A DNA stretch of 64,000 bases from Octopus vulgaris (GCA_951406725.2 OX597817.1:137764001-137828000); one strand, 5' to 3'; counted from the stretch's first letter, positions 12,560 to 28,199 are shown. Notes: a model not told the origin generated them from the sequence alone. Program-made: numbers and translations.

Positions 12560-12915
12560 CAATCTTTTAGTAAGTGGTACTCTATCTGTTGTTTTTTTAC
12601 TGGTCGTTTTTTATTGTTAGTGTTATGTAACATAATGATTTTTCCCCATGTCAAGGGCTGTAGAGTAGACGGCTTTTAAATTGATTCTGTTAAGTGATTT
12701 ATGAGTTTTATTGATTTTGTGGACGAAGTGTTAGTGATTAGGAGTGAACGGGGGATTGAACCAGATCATATATATTTGGTTCGAAATTGTTGTTGTTTGT
12801 TGTAGATGAATTATGTTATTGCGTTTTGATAATTATCCTGGGTGTGTGCTGAGTTAGACTTGATTTCGTCAGACGTTTATGCGTTAGCTTATTGCTATTC
12901 ATATTACATAACTGA

Positions 12916-13130
12916 AGGCGGAGGGATTACAGAGTCATTAGCTCTCCGGACGAAATGCTTAGCAGCATTTCGTACGTCTTTACGCTCGAAGTTCAAATTC
13001 TGCCGAGGCTGACTTTGCTTTTCGTCCTTTTGGTGTCGATAAAATAAGTACCAGTCATGTACTCGGGTCGATTTTATCGACTTACCCTCTCCCCCTTAAT
13101 TTTAGGCCTTGTCCCTTCAGTAGAAAGGAT
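12916..13130 (+). mobile_element. SINE family A, diverged
   Basis: GAAGTTCAAATTCTGCCGAGG..TTTTCGTCCTTTTGGTGTCGATAAAATAAGTACCAG. Confidence 0.8.
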
Positions 13131-13276
13131 TATTATTTTTATTGTTATTGTTAGGGTCACCTTCACCAATTTTCAACTGAAGATAACGGTAGAAACAAAA
13201 ACAAATGCTAAATTCTTCGACACAACTGGGAACCTAAACTCAGTTTTCTAACTTAATTCATTTGTTATATCCCTTT

Positions 13277-13537
13277 CTATAATAGGCACAAGGCCTGAAA
13301 TTTGGGGGCGGGGAGCGGTAAGTAGGTTACATCGACCCTACTGTTTGACTCGTATTTGTTTGTATTTATTTCATCGACCCCGAAAGGATGAAAAATGAAC
13401 ACGATCTCGGCGGAATTTGAACTCAGAACATAAAGACGAACAAGGCTTTGGTCGGCCCGAGGCAATAGTAGAAGACACTTGCCCAAGCTACCACGCAGTG
13501 GTACTGAACCCGGAACCACACAGCCACTCCTGCGCCT
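13277..13537 (-). mobile_element. abutting SINE family B head and family A body
   Basis: 13441-13537 matches the family B 5' end; 13277-13440 matches the family A body and tail. Confidence 0.75.
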
Positions 13538-13930
13538 ATGAAAAATCTTTAAAAATATTTTGTGTGTTGTAAAATTATAACCAGTTTATCGGTCATAAAC
13601 TTTAACAATAAAATCTGATATGGACCTTTTAAGGGTCAGATGCACCACTGCCGAGAATCACTAATTTAAAGGAATGTTTGATGGAAGAATTTGTGGCCCT
13701 TTTTTTACAAGGGTATTAGTTCAGTAATGACAATATCCTACTAGTAAAAATCGAAGCCTAGTCATTGTCATAGCTAGCATTAGAAGTGTGGCTTTCCTGA
13801 TTAATTTAACAATAATTAATTACCATAATGAATATGATATAATTATAAAATTGATAGAACGACGATGAATAGGAAATTTTTTTAGTCTTGCCGAGACGAA
13901 CAGTCAGAATAAAGAAATTAAAGAAATACA

Positions 13931-14019
<89 letters not shown>

Positions 14020-14104
14020 AAAGTCAAGCAAAATTGCCGAAAGGCTGTGCGAGCAGAGCAAAAATTAGATCAATAAAAGAAAGAGGCTGAAAGAAAAAAA
14101 GAGG

Positions 14105-14182
<78 letters not shown>

Positions 14183-15687
14183 TAGACAGAGAGAAAGGAG
14201 GAGAAAGAGTGAGTAAAAATGAGCGAGAGAAATGTTTAATGGCGTCGCGTGGCCCATTAATCATTGAATGGCTGGGAAAATGAGAGGGGAGTGAGTCAAG
14301 AAAATTGTAGTACGTAAATAGATTTATTTGGTGGTTGGTAATAAGGCACAGCTATTGTGTCGGTGGTCGAGCATAGATGCAGCGTGTAAGGGAGACTTTT
14401 TTTAGAGTGAAAGACGAGGGGAGGGATATATCGGAATTGGGTTTGGTACGAGAAAAAAGATGAAATATCGATTCATTTATTTTATTCATTCATTTATTTA
14501 TTTATTTTGACTAAGCAGGCACAAAGCTTATATATATATATATATATATATATATTTTAGTAAGATGTGGAAGCTAAGGAAGCTAGTGGTGACGTTAGCA
14601 AAAGTTAATCCATATTTTGGGCAGATAAATACTTCGGAAGCAGTTATCTTGATGCCCTTTCCCGAAGAAATTGGCGGTTAAAATTTTCAGGAACTTACTT
14701 ATTTCAATGAATTGCAAAGTCTAATTATTTATAAAGAAAATAAGAAGTTATGGCGTTCATGGTTTTCCTCGTTGAGTAATTGCGATATAAATAGGAAGAA
14801 TTATATTTCGAATAAGTAAAATAATCTACATAGAGAAAGAGCAAGTTGTGGAACTATAAAAGAGTATCAGGAGTATTCGGTGAGTTGGTGAGAGTATGAA
14901 AATTTAACAGCAAAGTGAAGATTGGTTGTGGTTTTATAATGGAGATGACTGTACTCTGCGATGGAAACTGTATCGTTACGGTGGTTGTTATTGCCGTTTT
15001 TGCTGTTACTTCAACCAACAAAGTGCCCTTCCGTGCTGAAGAGGATAAAGGTTTGACTTCCGAGCAATTTAACTGCCAATTCTAGCAGATCGACATTGCT
15101 AGCTGGTGGTGTGGAAAGCAGTTACTGACGACAAAGAAAGTGGGGCTTAACGTTATAATTATTATTTCAAGTGTAGAAATAAGGGTGAACGAGAAGAAAA
15201 TTAGATTTTAAGGTTGGTCATTTCTTACATAGAACCAATAACAGCGAAACCAAAAGACATTGAAATCAAGCAGAAGACAGGCTGAAGTAATGGTTTATTC
15301 ATTAAGCAGAAGGTCAACTTTCCGTTGAGGTTAATGAGAACAACTTGGTAATATTTTACTGATTTTTCTTTTCATCAAGATCTAAAGTGAGTTACGAACA
15401 TGTACTTGCATAGCAACTGACCTGATCTGAGATTGTGTGCTGAAACAAAAAATTTTCAGCGTGGAACGGGTTTATAAGTCATTTAAAAACACACAAAAAC
15501 CGTTAGATTCACTCCAACATTTATATTTTAAATTTAATTGTTAAATTTTATTGTTGAATTAAATGTTGAAGTGAATATAACGGTTTTTGAGTGCTTTTAA
15601 AGTGAATTTTCAACTGGAAATTACTACGGCCTGGCCACGTCCACCTACATCTGAAGGGAAAATGTTAGTAAGCCAGAAAATTCAATA

Positions 15688-15767
<80 letters not shown>

Positions 15768-16124
15768 TGTGTGTTTGTGTGTGTGTGTGTGTGTAGTTGT
15801 AGTAATGCAGTTAGTTATTCTGGAAATGGAGAAATATGCCTTCGATATGAACATGACTTAAAGAAGCAGAGAATGTGTCTGCAATCATCATCAAAATCAT
15901 ATATTTATAAGCACACACACACACACACACATAAACACGGAACACACACGAAAAGTGCCGCTGAAGAGGTCAGAGATGTGTTTCCGGACAATGGACATGA
16001 GTTTGAATAAGAACAGTTATGAACAAGTGAAGAACAAATATACAGTGCGTGTGTTTATTTGGCACAAATTAAAATTAAGATGACCGTCCCGAAATACAAC
16101 AAAATATATAAAGTATTTTATGTT

Positions 16125-16390
16125 TAGAAAATTACTATTTTTAAATGTCACAACAAGAGATATTCAGCAACAGTACTTTGGAGTAAAGATTGTTTGCCAA
16201 CATAATATGGCAGTCCTAGTTTAGGACGAATGTTGCTGTAATTTAACCCCAGGAGACATCGTCTCCAGCTGGCTATACGACGCGATCTGTGTCCTTATAT
16301 TTTCGAACAAGGGAATCTAGCACCCCCTCTCAGCTCAAAACAATATCTGGACACAGATCGTGTTGTATAGCAAGATAGAGACGATGTCTA
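16125..16390. repeat. interspersed repeat (copy at 53715-53940) with internal inversion
   Basis: GAGATATTCAGCAACAGTACT..GCCAACATAA.ATGGCAGTCCT..GGGAATCTAGCACCCCC shared with 53715-53940; 16254-16294 is inverted at 16349-16389. Confidence 0.8.
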
Positions 16391-16743
16391 CTGAAACTAA
16401 TCTCATTCTGTAAACTACAAAGCATGATCCAAAAAGAAGATCAAGGCGACATCATTGGGTGCATTTGCAGTCGTAAGTTTTATATCAGAATGCCCTTCTC
16501 TCACTCTTCTCCCAATCAAAGGCTAACGACACGATAGCAGTAAGGGATTTGAATTTAGTGTTACCTTCTTCTAGATAGATTGCTGGTGTCGATCCTAGAC
16601 AGATTGCTTTCTTGTAGTTAACCTTTCATTGAGCAAAGACTGGGAGGACACACTGATGTAATACATACATACATATATGAGACGCCATGATAGATTGTTA
16701 GCCACTACACACATTTTTTTCTCTCCTTGTTTTTTCTGTGTCC

Positions 16744-16779
16744 CTTTCTGTAGAAGAGCGTAGACTCGAAACGTAAAAG
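16744..16779 (+). ncRNA. hammerhead-like motif with A6U core (CUGUAGA)
   Basis: cttt-CTGTAGA-a-gag..ctc-GAAA-cg-TA-aaag; sister copy at 23347-23382 (-) has CTGTCGA. Confidence 0.45.
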
Positions 16780-17419
16780 ACTTTTTCTATTCCTGAGCGT
16801 TATACTAATACATCTGTTTGTTTTGTACACCATCTGTCTTCGTCTTTTGTTTTTTTCGTAAACTCTCCCTATACATACATACATACATACATACATACAT
16901 ACATACATACATACATACATACATACATACATACATACATACATACATACATACATACATACATACATACATACATAAAACCATACATACATACATACAT
17001 ACATACATACATACATACATCTTTGTTGGAAACCTGCTCCCTCCTCAGTGGAAAATTTATAATAATTAAAAAATAAAAGAGAGATACATATATATTAACG
17101 TTTGTTTTTATCTTCAGTTATAATAAAAAAACTTTTACATTAATTTGAAGGTTACTCGATACTGCTGCAGATTACAAATTTATTATTCTTAAACAAGAAT
17201 ATTGTTGACAGTGACTTCGAAATTTCGGCCAGATAAGTCATTCAAATGTTCTTGTTTCGTCTACCAAAAGGTTTTGCGAGACTTTATTGCGATATCGTGT
17301 TTTTATCGTGCTTTAATTCCAAATGTAGACGAAATTCATTCCTCCATGTAATCAGCCTGAAAACTTGCTAAGATATTTTCGTAACACGAAACTAATGGCA
17401 CCGTTACTACACAAATAAA

Positions 17420-17484
<65 letters not shown>

Positions 17485-17695
17485 CAAAATAAGCAACAAG
17501 TATGTCCGAGGTAATGTGGTACAATCGTTTCATACAAAATTCTGGTGCCTTTGACTTAAGTACCATATTCATCTAAATCTCTATATATATATATGTATAT
17601 GTATGCATGTATGCAAGCACACACAAACACATACATATATATATGCATATATATACACACACGCACGCACATACATACATACATACATACATACA

Positions 17696-17728
<33 letters not shown>

Positions 17729-17772
17729 GTGTGTGGACATATATATGTGTGTGTGTGTGTGTATGTGTGTGT

Positions 17773-18200
17773 ATACAATTAAGGGAAGGAAATAGAAAGT
17801 TAATGGTCAATAATTAATCAATTAACATATTGATTAGCATTCCTACAATTGGTTCAGTTTATACTCAATAAATAATTTACAAATTTATGTAATTTGTGAA
17901 TTTATTTGCATAAATAAGATTTGAGCAAAATATCACCAGGGAAATATTAGACATTAAAGAATTACATGTGAACAATTTGTTCTCTCAAACACAAAGAACA
18001 AGTTGTTCACCATGTAAATCATTAATATCTAATATTTCCCTGATAATATTTTGCTCAAAATTTATTTATGCAAATTTATTATATAAATTTGTAATTTATT
18101 AATTGAGTATAAATTGAAACAATTGTAGGAATGATTATGAATATGTTAATAAATTAATTATTATCTATTAACTCTCTATTTTCTTCTCTTAATTGAATAT
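17773..18200. mobile_element. inverted-repeat element with two decayed long-stem-II hammerheads
   Basis: Arms fold about ~17990. Plus 18035-18132 ttcc-CTGATAA..GAAA-caattg-TA-ggaa; minus 17839-17945 CTGGTGA..GAAC-caattg-TA. Confidence 0.7.
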
Positions 18201-18324
18201 AGGTCATATGCTAAATATATACGTATATATTTTAGAGAAATTTGTTCCCAATAAGATAATAAAAAAACAGTGTAATCTTGTTGGTACACATCCCATTATG
18301 AGATTAATACACGGCATTAACTTA

Positions 18325-18371
<47 letters not shown>

Positions 18372-18405
18372 TGAGTTGAGTTGTGGGGTATCGCACGAGT
18401 GGGAT

Positions 18406-19797
<1,392 letters not shown>

Positions 19798-20096
19798 CGA
19801 GAGAGGAATATATATATATATATGTATGTATGTATATATGTTTGTGTAGGAACATGTTGCAGTGTGTTTGTTCGTCTATTGAAACGACAGACAAACACAG
19901 AGAGAAACAAAGAGAGGGAGAGAGAGAGAGAGGAGGTCTATTATAGGTGTAAAAGTGTATCTTGGCGTGAGTGTAAGCTGAGTGCAAGTGGGTGAAGTAT
20001 GAGTTTCCACTCGTGCATGAGTCAGTGCAGAAACATATGAGAAGAAATGAAGTATGTATACGTGCATCTCTTTCTCTCTCTCTCTCTCTCTCTTGT

Positions 20097-20127
<31 letters not shown>

Positions 20128-20424
20128 CATATCTCTGTATGTGTATATGGCGATAATATTCGCATTAAGCACATGTCCACCCACCACCACAAGAAGCGAT
20201 ATGTTGCGAATGCTTTTAATTTTCGAATGATGGTACGAAAGCGTATAATGCTTCTACTTGTATGCATATGTGAAGAGTGAGCCAATAATAGAGAATAATG
20301 TGTAAATGTGTGCATGATTCTAATGATAAATGACCTTTTCATATACCCTTACCATTCTATAATACATTTAAAAACTATATCAGGAGGCTGATGGCTACTA
20401 TATTTATATATATATATACATGTA

Positions 20425-20463
<39 letters not shown>

Positions 20464-20619
20464 AATATGAATTAGAGATAAAACCACTATGATGCAACCC
20501 AAACAGTGATAGACATAAACCAATACATAATAACAAATAATAAATAATATATGATTAATATAATATATAATATATATATATATATATGTAGAAGGTTGAG
20601 AAGGAACAATATACATATA

Positions 20620-20726
<107 letters not shown>

Positions 20727-20747
20727 TGCTTCTTCTTAACCTTCTAC

Positions 20748-20792
<45 letters not shown>

Positions 20793-21088
20793 TGTATGTG
20801 TCTTTGCGTCTGTTTGTGTTTAACTATACATATATATTACATTCATACGTGTGTGTAGCTTTAGAAAATCAACAGGATGTATAAATATGATTAAATCATC
20901 GAGTAGACATCTCCAATCAAATTTGTTTGTAGATCTGTCCCTCCTCTTCCTCGCCCTCCCTCCTCCTATCGTACCGTTCTCTCTCTCTCCCTCACTCCCT
21001 CTCTCTATACATGTATGTACGGCGCGGTGTGCGTGTAATTCTGTATATGATAACATGTGCACATACACACACATACATGTGTGTATGC

Positions 21089-21129
<41 letters not shown>

Positions 21130-21224
21130 CATACATACATACATACATACTTACTTACATACATATACACATACATACACATATGTACATTTATATGCGT
21201 GTATGTACACGTGTTTATATACAT

Positions 21225-21298
<74 letters not shown>

Positions 21299-21898
21299 CC
21301 AAGTAAGTTTATCTTAATAATTTTCATGCGACTCTTACCTGTAGTGTTCTCACTCTCCCCCTTTCGTTTTTTATCTCATCCTTTCTCTAATTCTTTTTTC
21401 TCCCCATCACCGTTTTCTATTTCTCGCTGTCTCTCTCCCTCTTCCTCCTTTACTATCTCCCGTTGCTCACACGTAACCATCGTCCATCTTTCTTTTCCTT
21501 CAGTCTGTCACACAGACCAGGCACATTCTTACCTGTCTCCTCTCCCATCTTTTCTCTTATCAAAGTATATTCCAGCGTTCGCTACCTTACCTCCTCTGGC
21601 CTAACGGCCCACCCTGTTTGTTTCCGTTTAGTTTGTTGTATGTCTCCACTGTCCTATTTTGTTACCAGCTTTGACCGTCCGCAAATCCTAAATTTTATTT
21701 TGGTTCGCGGAAGGAACTGTTTTACGAAGACACATATTATCGGGAATTGCTCTCGAAATGTGGAGTAGATAAACATCCAACAACTGATGAAGGATCGTTC
21801 TTTATGTTACTTGTCTTGTTTTCCATTTGTTTCTCTCGTTTGCATACTCAGGTTTGCCGTCGTATTTCATGTTGTTTACGTTTTGTGACGTCCTGTAC

Positions 21899-21995
<97 letters not shown>

Positions 21996-22042
21996 TGTAT
22001 GTATGCATGTATGTAAAATATATATTTATAAAGAGGAGGGTA

Positions 22043-22090
22043 GTCTTACAGCTGTTTCTGGTATATTAGGGATATCCCTTCATCAGAGAC
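22043..22090 (-). ncRNA. type I hammerhead ribozyme motif
   Basis: Minus strand gtct-CTGATGA-agggatatccctaatatacca-GAAA-cagctg-TA-agac. Confidence 0.75.
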
Positions 22091-22630
22091 GATATGAGAG
22101 AGTTAACTAGAGGGAAATAGTACAGTTCAATATGAAGAGTTATTTTGGAAAAGGAAGCAAATGAGTATATAGGGAAATAGGAGAATGAATGTAGAAATAA
22201 AAATGGAAATATATAACGATGTTATATTTGCAGTTCCATTATCCATGTAAAGTGGTGTGTAGAAGTGGTAGAAATGCTTTCTGTCCGTGCTATGTAAATT
22301 CCAGTAGGGGTTCATATTTTGTTATCACAAATGGAAAGTGTGGAGACACAGATTCCATGTACTGTTCATTCAAATGGGTTTTGTAGTGTGATTGAAAATT
22401 TGAGAATGTTGTGGTAGTATTAATATTAATACTACCCCTACCACTTCTACTTCTTCTACACACCACCTTCCTTGGATAATGGAACTGCAACTATGACATT
22501 TTTATACATTTTTATTTTTATTTCTACATTAATTCTCCAATTTCCCTATATACTCCTTATTTGCTTCCTTTTACAAAACAGCTCTTCATATTGAACTTCA
22601 ATATTTCCGTCTAGTTAACTCTCTCATACA

Positions 22631-22678
22631 GTCTCTGATGAAGGGATATTCCTAATATCCCAGAAACAGCTGTAAGAC
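22631..22678 (+). ncRNA. type I hammerhead ribozyme motif
   Basis: gtct-CTGATGA-a-gggatatt/cct/aatatccc-a-GAAA-cagctg-TA-agac; all three stems pair. Confidence 0.85.
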
Positions 22679-22879
22679 CACCTTTCTCTTTATAAATGTC
22701 CTATAAATTCCACACAGCTTTGCCTTTGTTGTATCATTTTATTTAACATATACATGCTCATACAAGACCCGCGTTAGACTCCTCACTCGTATTATTATCG
22801 AATCGAGAGTTTATCTACGATCCTTCCATATTACTTACATAGCGTTACCTGCCACCTTGGGTCTTCTGGATACCAACAC

Positions 22880-22924
<45 letters not shown>

Positions 22925-23444
22925 GGTTTGGAGATTCTACTAGAGTAGATGCAAGCGCTAATATATGATTTATAAAAACATGTAACATATTAATAAAAAT
23001 CTGTAAATGTAAAACCATCCAGATTTCTGAGTATCTTATTTCTTCTAATATATATATATGTGAGTGTGTGCGATCGTGTGTGTGTGTGTTTTAATTATGA
23101 TTATATATATGCATGTATGCATATATATGTTTATATATATGTATGTATTATGGTTATATATAATTATATATATATCTGTATATGTGTGCGCGCGCGCAGG
23201 TGATCTCCTCAGGAAGCACTCTGTTTCTGATGACCTCTCACACAATGCCAAAACAGCCAGACTAACGTAACTCAAAGACCTGCACGAAGACGGGTCTGTA
23301 AACAACAAACAGATTTATTTGTTTAACGCTCGGGAAGTGAGAAAGTCTTCTAAGTTTCGAGCCTACGCTCTTCGACAGAAAGGAACACAGAAATAAACAG
23401 GGAGAGAATACATATATATACATATATATATATATAATATACAT

Positions 23445-23519
<75 letters not shown>

Positions 23520-23524
<5 letters not shown>

Positions 23525-23722
23525 ACAATTAGTTGGTTGTCATAATAAAACTCAGAGTTTCAGATGCCGGGTCCGAAGTCTGCTCCGGCATCTCATTAGT
23601 TATCAAGACAAACAAAATGAGATGCCGGAGCAGGTTTCAGCCCTGGCATCCGAAACTCTGAGTTTATTATGACAACCAACTAATTGTCACATATTATATT
23701 TATAGATAAATTCCTCTATTTA
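23520..23722. mobile_element. palindromic copy of the 6771 hammerhead family
   Basis: Inverted arms; left arm core mutated to CTAATGA, right arm 5'-truncated; shares AATAGAGGAATTTATCT with 6720. Confidence 0.75.
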
Positions 23723-23758
23723 TATAATATGAAGGTTTTATTAATTCTTTTGTTGTCA

Positions 23759-23842
<84 letters not shown>

Positions 23843-23843
<1 letters not shown>

Positions 23844-24371
23844 GAGTGAGAAAGTAGTGTATGCCATCAATGTGACACTGAGGTCAAATATACGAAGCCC
23901 AGTATACCCATCATGACTACCCGTCTGATAAAGATACACTAGGCAAATGCATCACAGCCATATGTGCGCAACACGGCGATCTCATATCAAGATAAACAGC
24001 GCACGACCTTGCAGGTGGGGCCCAGTTAGAATTTTCTTCAGGTCCAGTAGCCCATCCTGAATAAGGATTGTTTAAGGATGTTGAACAACCCACCCATGTT
24101 TCCAAAGATGAATTATCCAAACCTCTAAGAATCCCTTTCAACACATGGCTATATTGCTACCCCACTACTTCTGCTCGTGATCAGAGATGCACATATCGTC
24201 AGCCACTAAGGGACATGCTCAACTGGTTAAGGTTAAACAACTGACAAGCAAATCTGTGGCATTGAGCAGAATATGTGCTGTAGCCCCTCTTTTATACCAA
24301 GACAAAACAATGTACATAATAACACTTCCAATCAGTTAAGATCAGAAGCCACAAGAGCCACTGCCTGGTAC
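23843..24371 (-). mobile_element. ~530-bp element embedded in (TTA)n
   Basis: Complex sequence bracketed by long TTA arrays on both sides; orientation and family are uncertain. Confidence 0.5.
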
Positions 24372-24378
24372 ATTATTA

Positions 24379-24465
<87 letters not shown>

Positions 24466-24479
24466 TGTTGTTGTTGTTG

Positions 24480-24583
<104 letters not shown>

Positions 24584-24704
24584 GTATATATACTTGCATT
24601 CATAGTGCGCACAGACACATGTCAACGACGAATGAAATTTGCATATACATTATATACTCTTTCATTTTCCCCCCGTCTCTCGCTCTTTCTTTTTCTTCCT
24701 CTCC

Positions 24705-24748
<44 letters not shown>

Positions 24749-25440
24749 TTCCATCTCTTTCTGTTTTTGTACTTACAAACTCGGACATTGTCAAATTTGT
24801 GTATGTGTTTGATATTTGTATCCGTGTGAGTGTGCTGATATGTGTGTAATGGTAGGTGTGTTTACGTGTATGCAGCAATATATCTGTGTATCAGTGTGTG
24901 TGTGTGTGCACTAGCATGTATGTCACTGTGTGCGCGCCCGCGCGCGCGATATTATCTCACAAATATTTTTCTCTCTCCAGCAAGTCATTATTACTTCCCT
25001 CCCCTTCATCCCCTTCAATTCTTACTTTCTCTTCCCTCTCCCTTTTCCTCTCTCTCCTTCCCTGTATATAACCACCTCACTCTCTAAATATTCTACAATC
25101 CATTCCCCATTCCCCCCTCTCTCTCTCCTTCTCTTAAAGATGTTGATTTATTACCACAACAGATTGCCAACAATAACAACGTTGTTACTTGATTGGGAAC
25201 TGCTGCTGCTGCTGCTGCATTATTGGCTTACGGGGTAAGAAGGGGATAGAGAGGGATAGAGTGATACTAGGAGATGACAGAGAGGGTGAATATTCTCCTC
25301 AAGAAGAGAGAACCACTTCATGGTATGCATCGTATCTCCCCACTCATCTTGGGAGCTCTTTTTTGCTATGAGTGAAAGAGTATATGGTGTTTCAGTTTTA
25401 TCATTGTATCTGTTTACTGCATATTCCTGTAGTTTTAGTT

Positions 25441-25488
25441 GTTGTAGAAAGCGCTATTTCGTCCTCATTTTGGGTTCATCAGTACAAC
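25441..25488 (-). ncRNA. isolated type I hammerhead motif
   Basis: Minus strand gttgta-CTGATGA-acccaaaatgaggac-GAAA-tagcgctt-TC-tacaac: perfect 6-bp stem I, partly mismatched stem II. Confidence 0.6.
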
Positions 25489-25637
25489 ATAACTTGAGGA
25501 CTTGAAATTAGTTAGTCTTCAACGTCAAGAGACAACCACCACCACCACCACCACCATAGATACTACTAACAGCAACACCAAACATAAAAACACTGCCATC
25601 ACGAAAAATATCACCACCACCAGCATCACAACCAACA

Positions 25638-25905
25638 GGGGGCCCAGTGGTTAGGGCAGCGGACTCGCGGTCGGAGGATCGCGGTTTCGATTCCCAGACT
25701 GGGCGTTGTGTATGTTTGTTGAGCGAAAACACCTTAAGCTCCACGAGGCTCCGGCAGGGAGTGGTGGCGACCCATGTTGTACTCTATCGCTCCAACTTTC
25801 TCTAACTCTTTCTTCCTGTTTCTTGTCCCCGACTTTCTACGCAATCACTGAGCCTGGATGCGCATTCATCCATCCATCGATGCTTTCGCTTCTGCTGGTC
25901 TTACG
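25638..25905 (+). mobile_element. SINE family C
   Basis: GGCCCAGTGGTTAGGGCAGCGGACTCGCGGTC..GGTTTCGATTCCCAGAC. Confidence 0.85.
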
Positions 25906-26029
25906 AATAGCAAAGGACCACGTTTCGGACTTCTCCCACTACAGACAATCCTGAGGCGCGATCTTGCGAGCTCTGGGACGAAGACCGCTTCGCTCACCAC
26001 CAACAAAATCAACCCCAGCATCTTATCTA

Positions 26030-26270
26030 CTGGCTCTTCGTCGGTTACGACGATGACTGTTCCAGTTGATCCGATCAATGGAACGGCTGAGTACTCCACA
26101 GACACGCATGCCCTTAACATAGTTCGCAAGAGGATTCAACGTGACATAGAATGTGACAATGCTAGCCCTTTGAATTACAGGTATTATTCGTTTTTGCCAG
26201 TTGATTGGCCTGAGGCAAAGTGAAATAAAGTGTCTTGCTCAAGAGTACAACCCGACGCAGGAAGTCGAAC
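26030..26270 (-). mobile_element. SINE family C-related fragment
   Basis: Reverse complement of the 11783-type body (TCTTGCTCAAG, CTCCACAGACACG). Confidence 0.7.
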
Positions 26271-26591
26271 TTAGAACAACACCAGCTTTAACACCAACAT
26301 CAAAACTGGACGTCAATGCAAACAATAACACCAACAAGGGAGTCCAGGAGAGTGTCTGCAAGTGCTGGAAATAGTAGGTGTATCTTCCTCCTCATCCTCA
26401 TCATCATCATAAAATGACCCCCTTCATCATTCTACCCTACACCCACCCGTACCAGCCCCACCAATCCCTCCACAACGACCGTCGACAACTTCGAATTCGT
26501 TAATATTTCAATTTTCATTTGAGGACTACTTTTTTTACAAGAAACATCTGAGAGAAGGGCGTGTGTGCGTGTGAGAGAGAGTGTGTGTGTC

Positions 26592-26641
<50 letters not shown>

Positions 26642-26779
26642 TATATGTATGCGCGCGTGAATTTGGGTATGTGTGTGTATGTGTGCACGCATGCGTATGT
26701 CCATATAAGTGTGCGTGTCTGCTTGTTCGCGCTCGCGATACTTGACAAGTTGGCAGTTTCTCTTTTGTATTTGTTCTAC

Positions 26780-26973
26780 CTCCTTCTTCTCTTCTTCTTC
26801 TCTTCTTCTTCTTTCTCTTCTTCTTCTTTCTCTTCTTCTTCTTCTTCTTCCTCTTCTTCCCGTTCTTCTTCCCTTTCTTCTTCTTCTTCTTCTTCTTCTT
26901 CTTCTTCTTCTTCTTCTTCTTCTTCTTCTTCTTCTTCTTCTTCTTCTTCTTCTTCTTCTTCTTCTTCTTCTTC
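26780..26973. repeat. (TTC)n microsatellite
   Basis: Tandem repeat. Confidence 0.95.
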
Positions 26974-28148
26974 AGTGTAAGCGAAGAGGTCATTCCAGCT
27001 TTATCGTTTTGGTAACCAAACCAATTATTGCGCCATTTAATTGAAGCCAAACAGACAGTGAATTCGATTAGCAGACAACACAATACTGTGCATGATGATG
27101 GCCTTTGAACCACATTATCTCTGCCTCTCTTGGGAGTAAACGTGTTCACTGACATGGTGAACTATTACAACAACAGCAACAGCAACAACAACAACAACAA
27201 CAACAATAATGATAATAATAATTATAACTACAATCTTCCTCATCGTCATCATCACCATCTTCGCCATCTTCGCTATTAAATGGGGGCTATTGTTCATGAA
27301 TGAATGCAATAAAAAAATTATCTTCTTCACTGTCATTATCCATTATCATCGTCATCACCATAATCGTCGTCGTCGTCGTCTTCGTCATCATCATCATCAT
27401 CATCGCATTTTCAATTTCCATTTCTGATTCCATTTCTTGTCCAAATGTCAATGTAACCCCATAGAATCGGAGTTCCTTATTATGACTTACAATGAAATTC
27501 CATTATGTGGAAGAATCAGCACTTGCCTTCCTTGTTTTCCTCTTCCTTTTCTCAATCCCTATTCCACTGAAGATCCATGCAGCTTCAACAACATACCTTG
27601 TGGTATTTAATAACACCCGTCTACGTTCAGGTCCCACTTAGAGTCACTTCATATTTTGTATTTTCGCGGAATTAATCCGTCTCTTGGTTTTCCACTAACA
27701 CCACCACCACCACCACCACCACACAACCACCACCAAAACCACACAACTACCACCACCACACAACCACCACCACCACATAACCACCACCACACAACCACCG
27801 TCGCAGCCATCATCACCAATATCCCCGCTTTCAACATCATCAGCACTATCACCACCACCACCACCACCACTTCTACCACAACCACTGTTAAAAGAGTTCT
27901 TGCCAAAAGCTTTGGTCCTTGTATACCTTATTCCCTTCTACCCCACTCCCAGTCTCGGGGTCCTTGAACAGGGGTCGTGGTTACTGCCTTTTCGCTAAAC
28001 CCTAAAAGAAAATGAAGTGTACATAAACTGAGTACCGGGCTTCAGTACTCAGTTTATGAGCACAGCATGGCCACAGACTCAGAATATCAGGTACACACAC
28101 ACAGACACACACTCACATACATATATATATATATCTGTTTACACACAA

Positions 28149-28199
<51 letters not shown>

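Larger units (their letters stand above)
22027..22885. mobile_element. Penelope-like pLTR remnant with inverted duplication
   Basis: Arms ~22027-22272 and ~22438-22695, each with a hammerhead; microsatellite flanks. Confidence 0.7.

Noticed and set aside
21745-21800. GAAA...TA...CTGATGA order suggesting a type II hammerhead (similar at 41290-41330)
   Set aside because: No pairing stems I or II could be drawn
25163-25235. Plus-strand exon candidate (CAG..GGG|GTAAGA)
   Set aside because: Weak acceptor, contains a (TGC)n microsatellite, and has no partner exons
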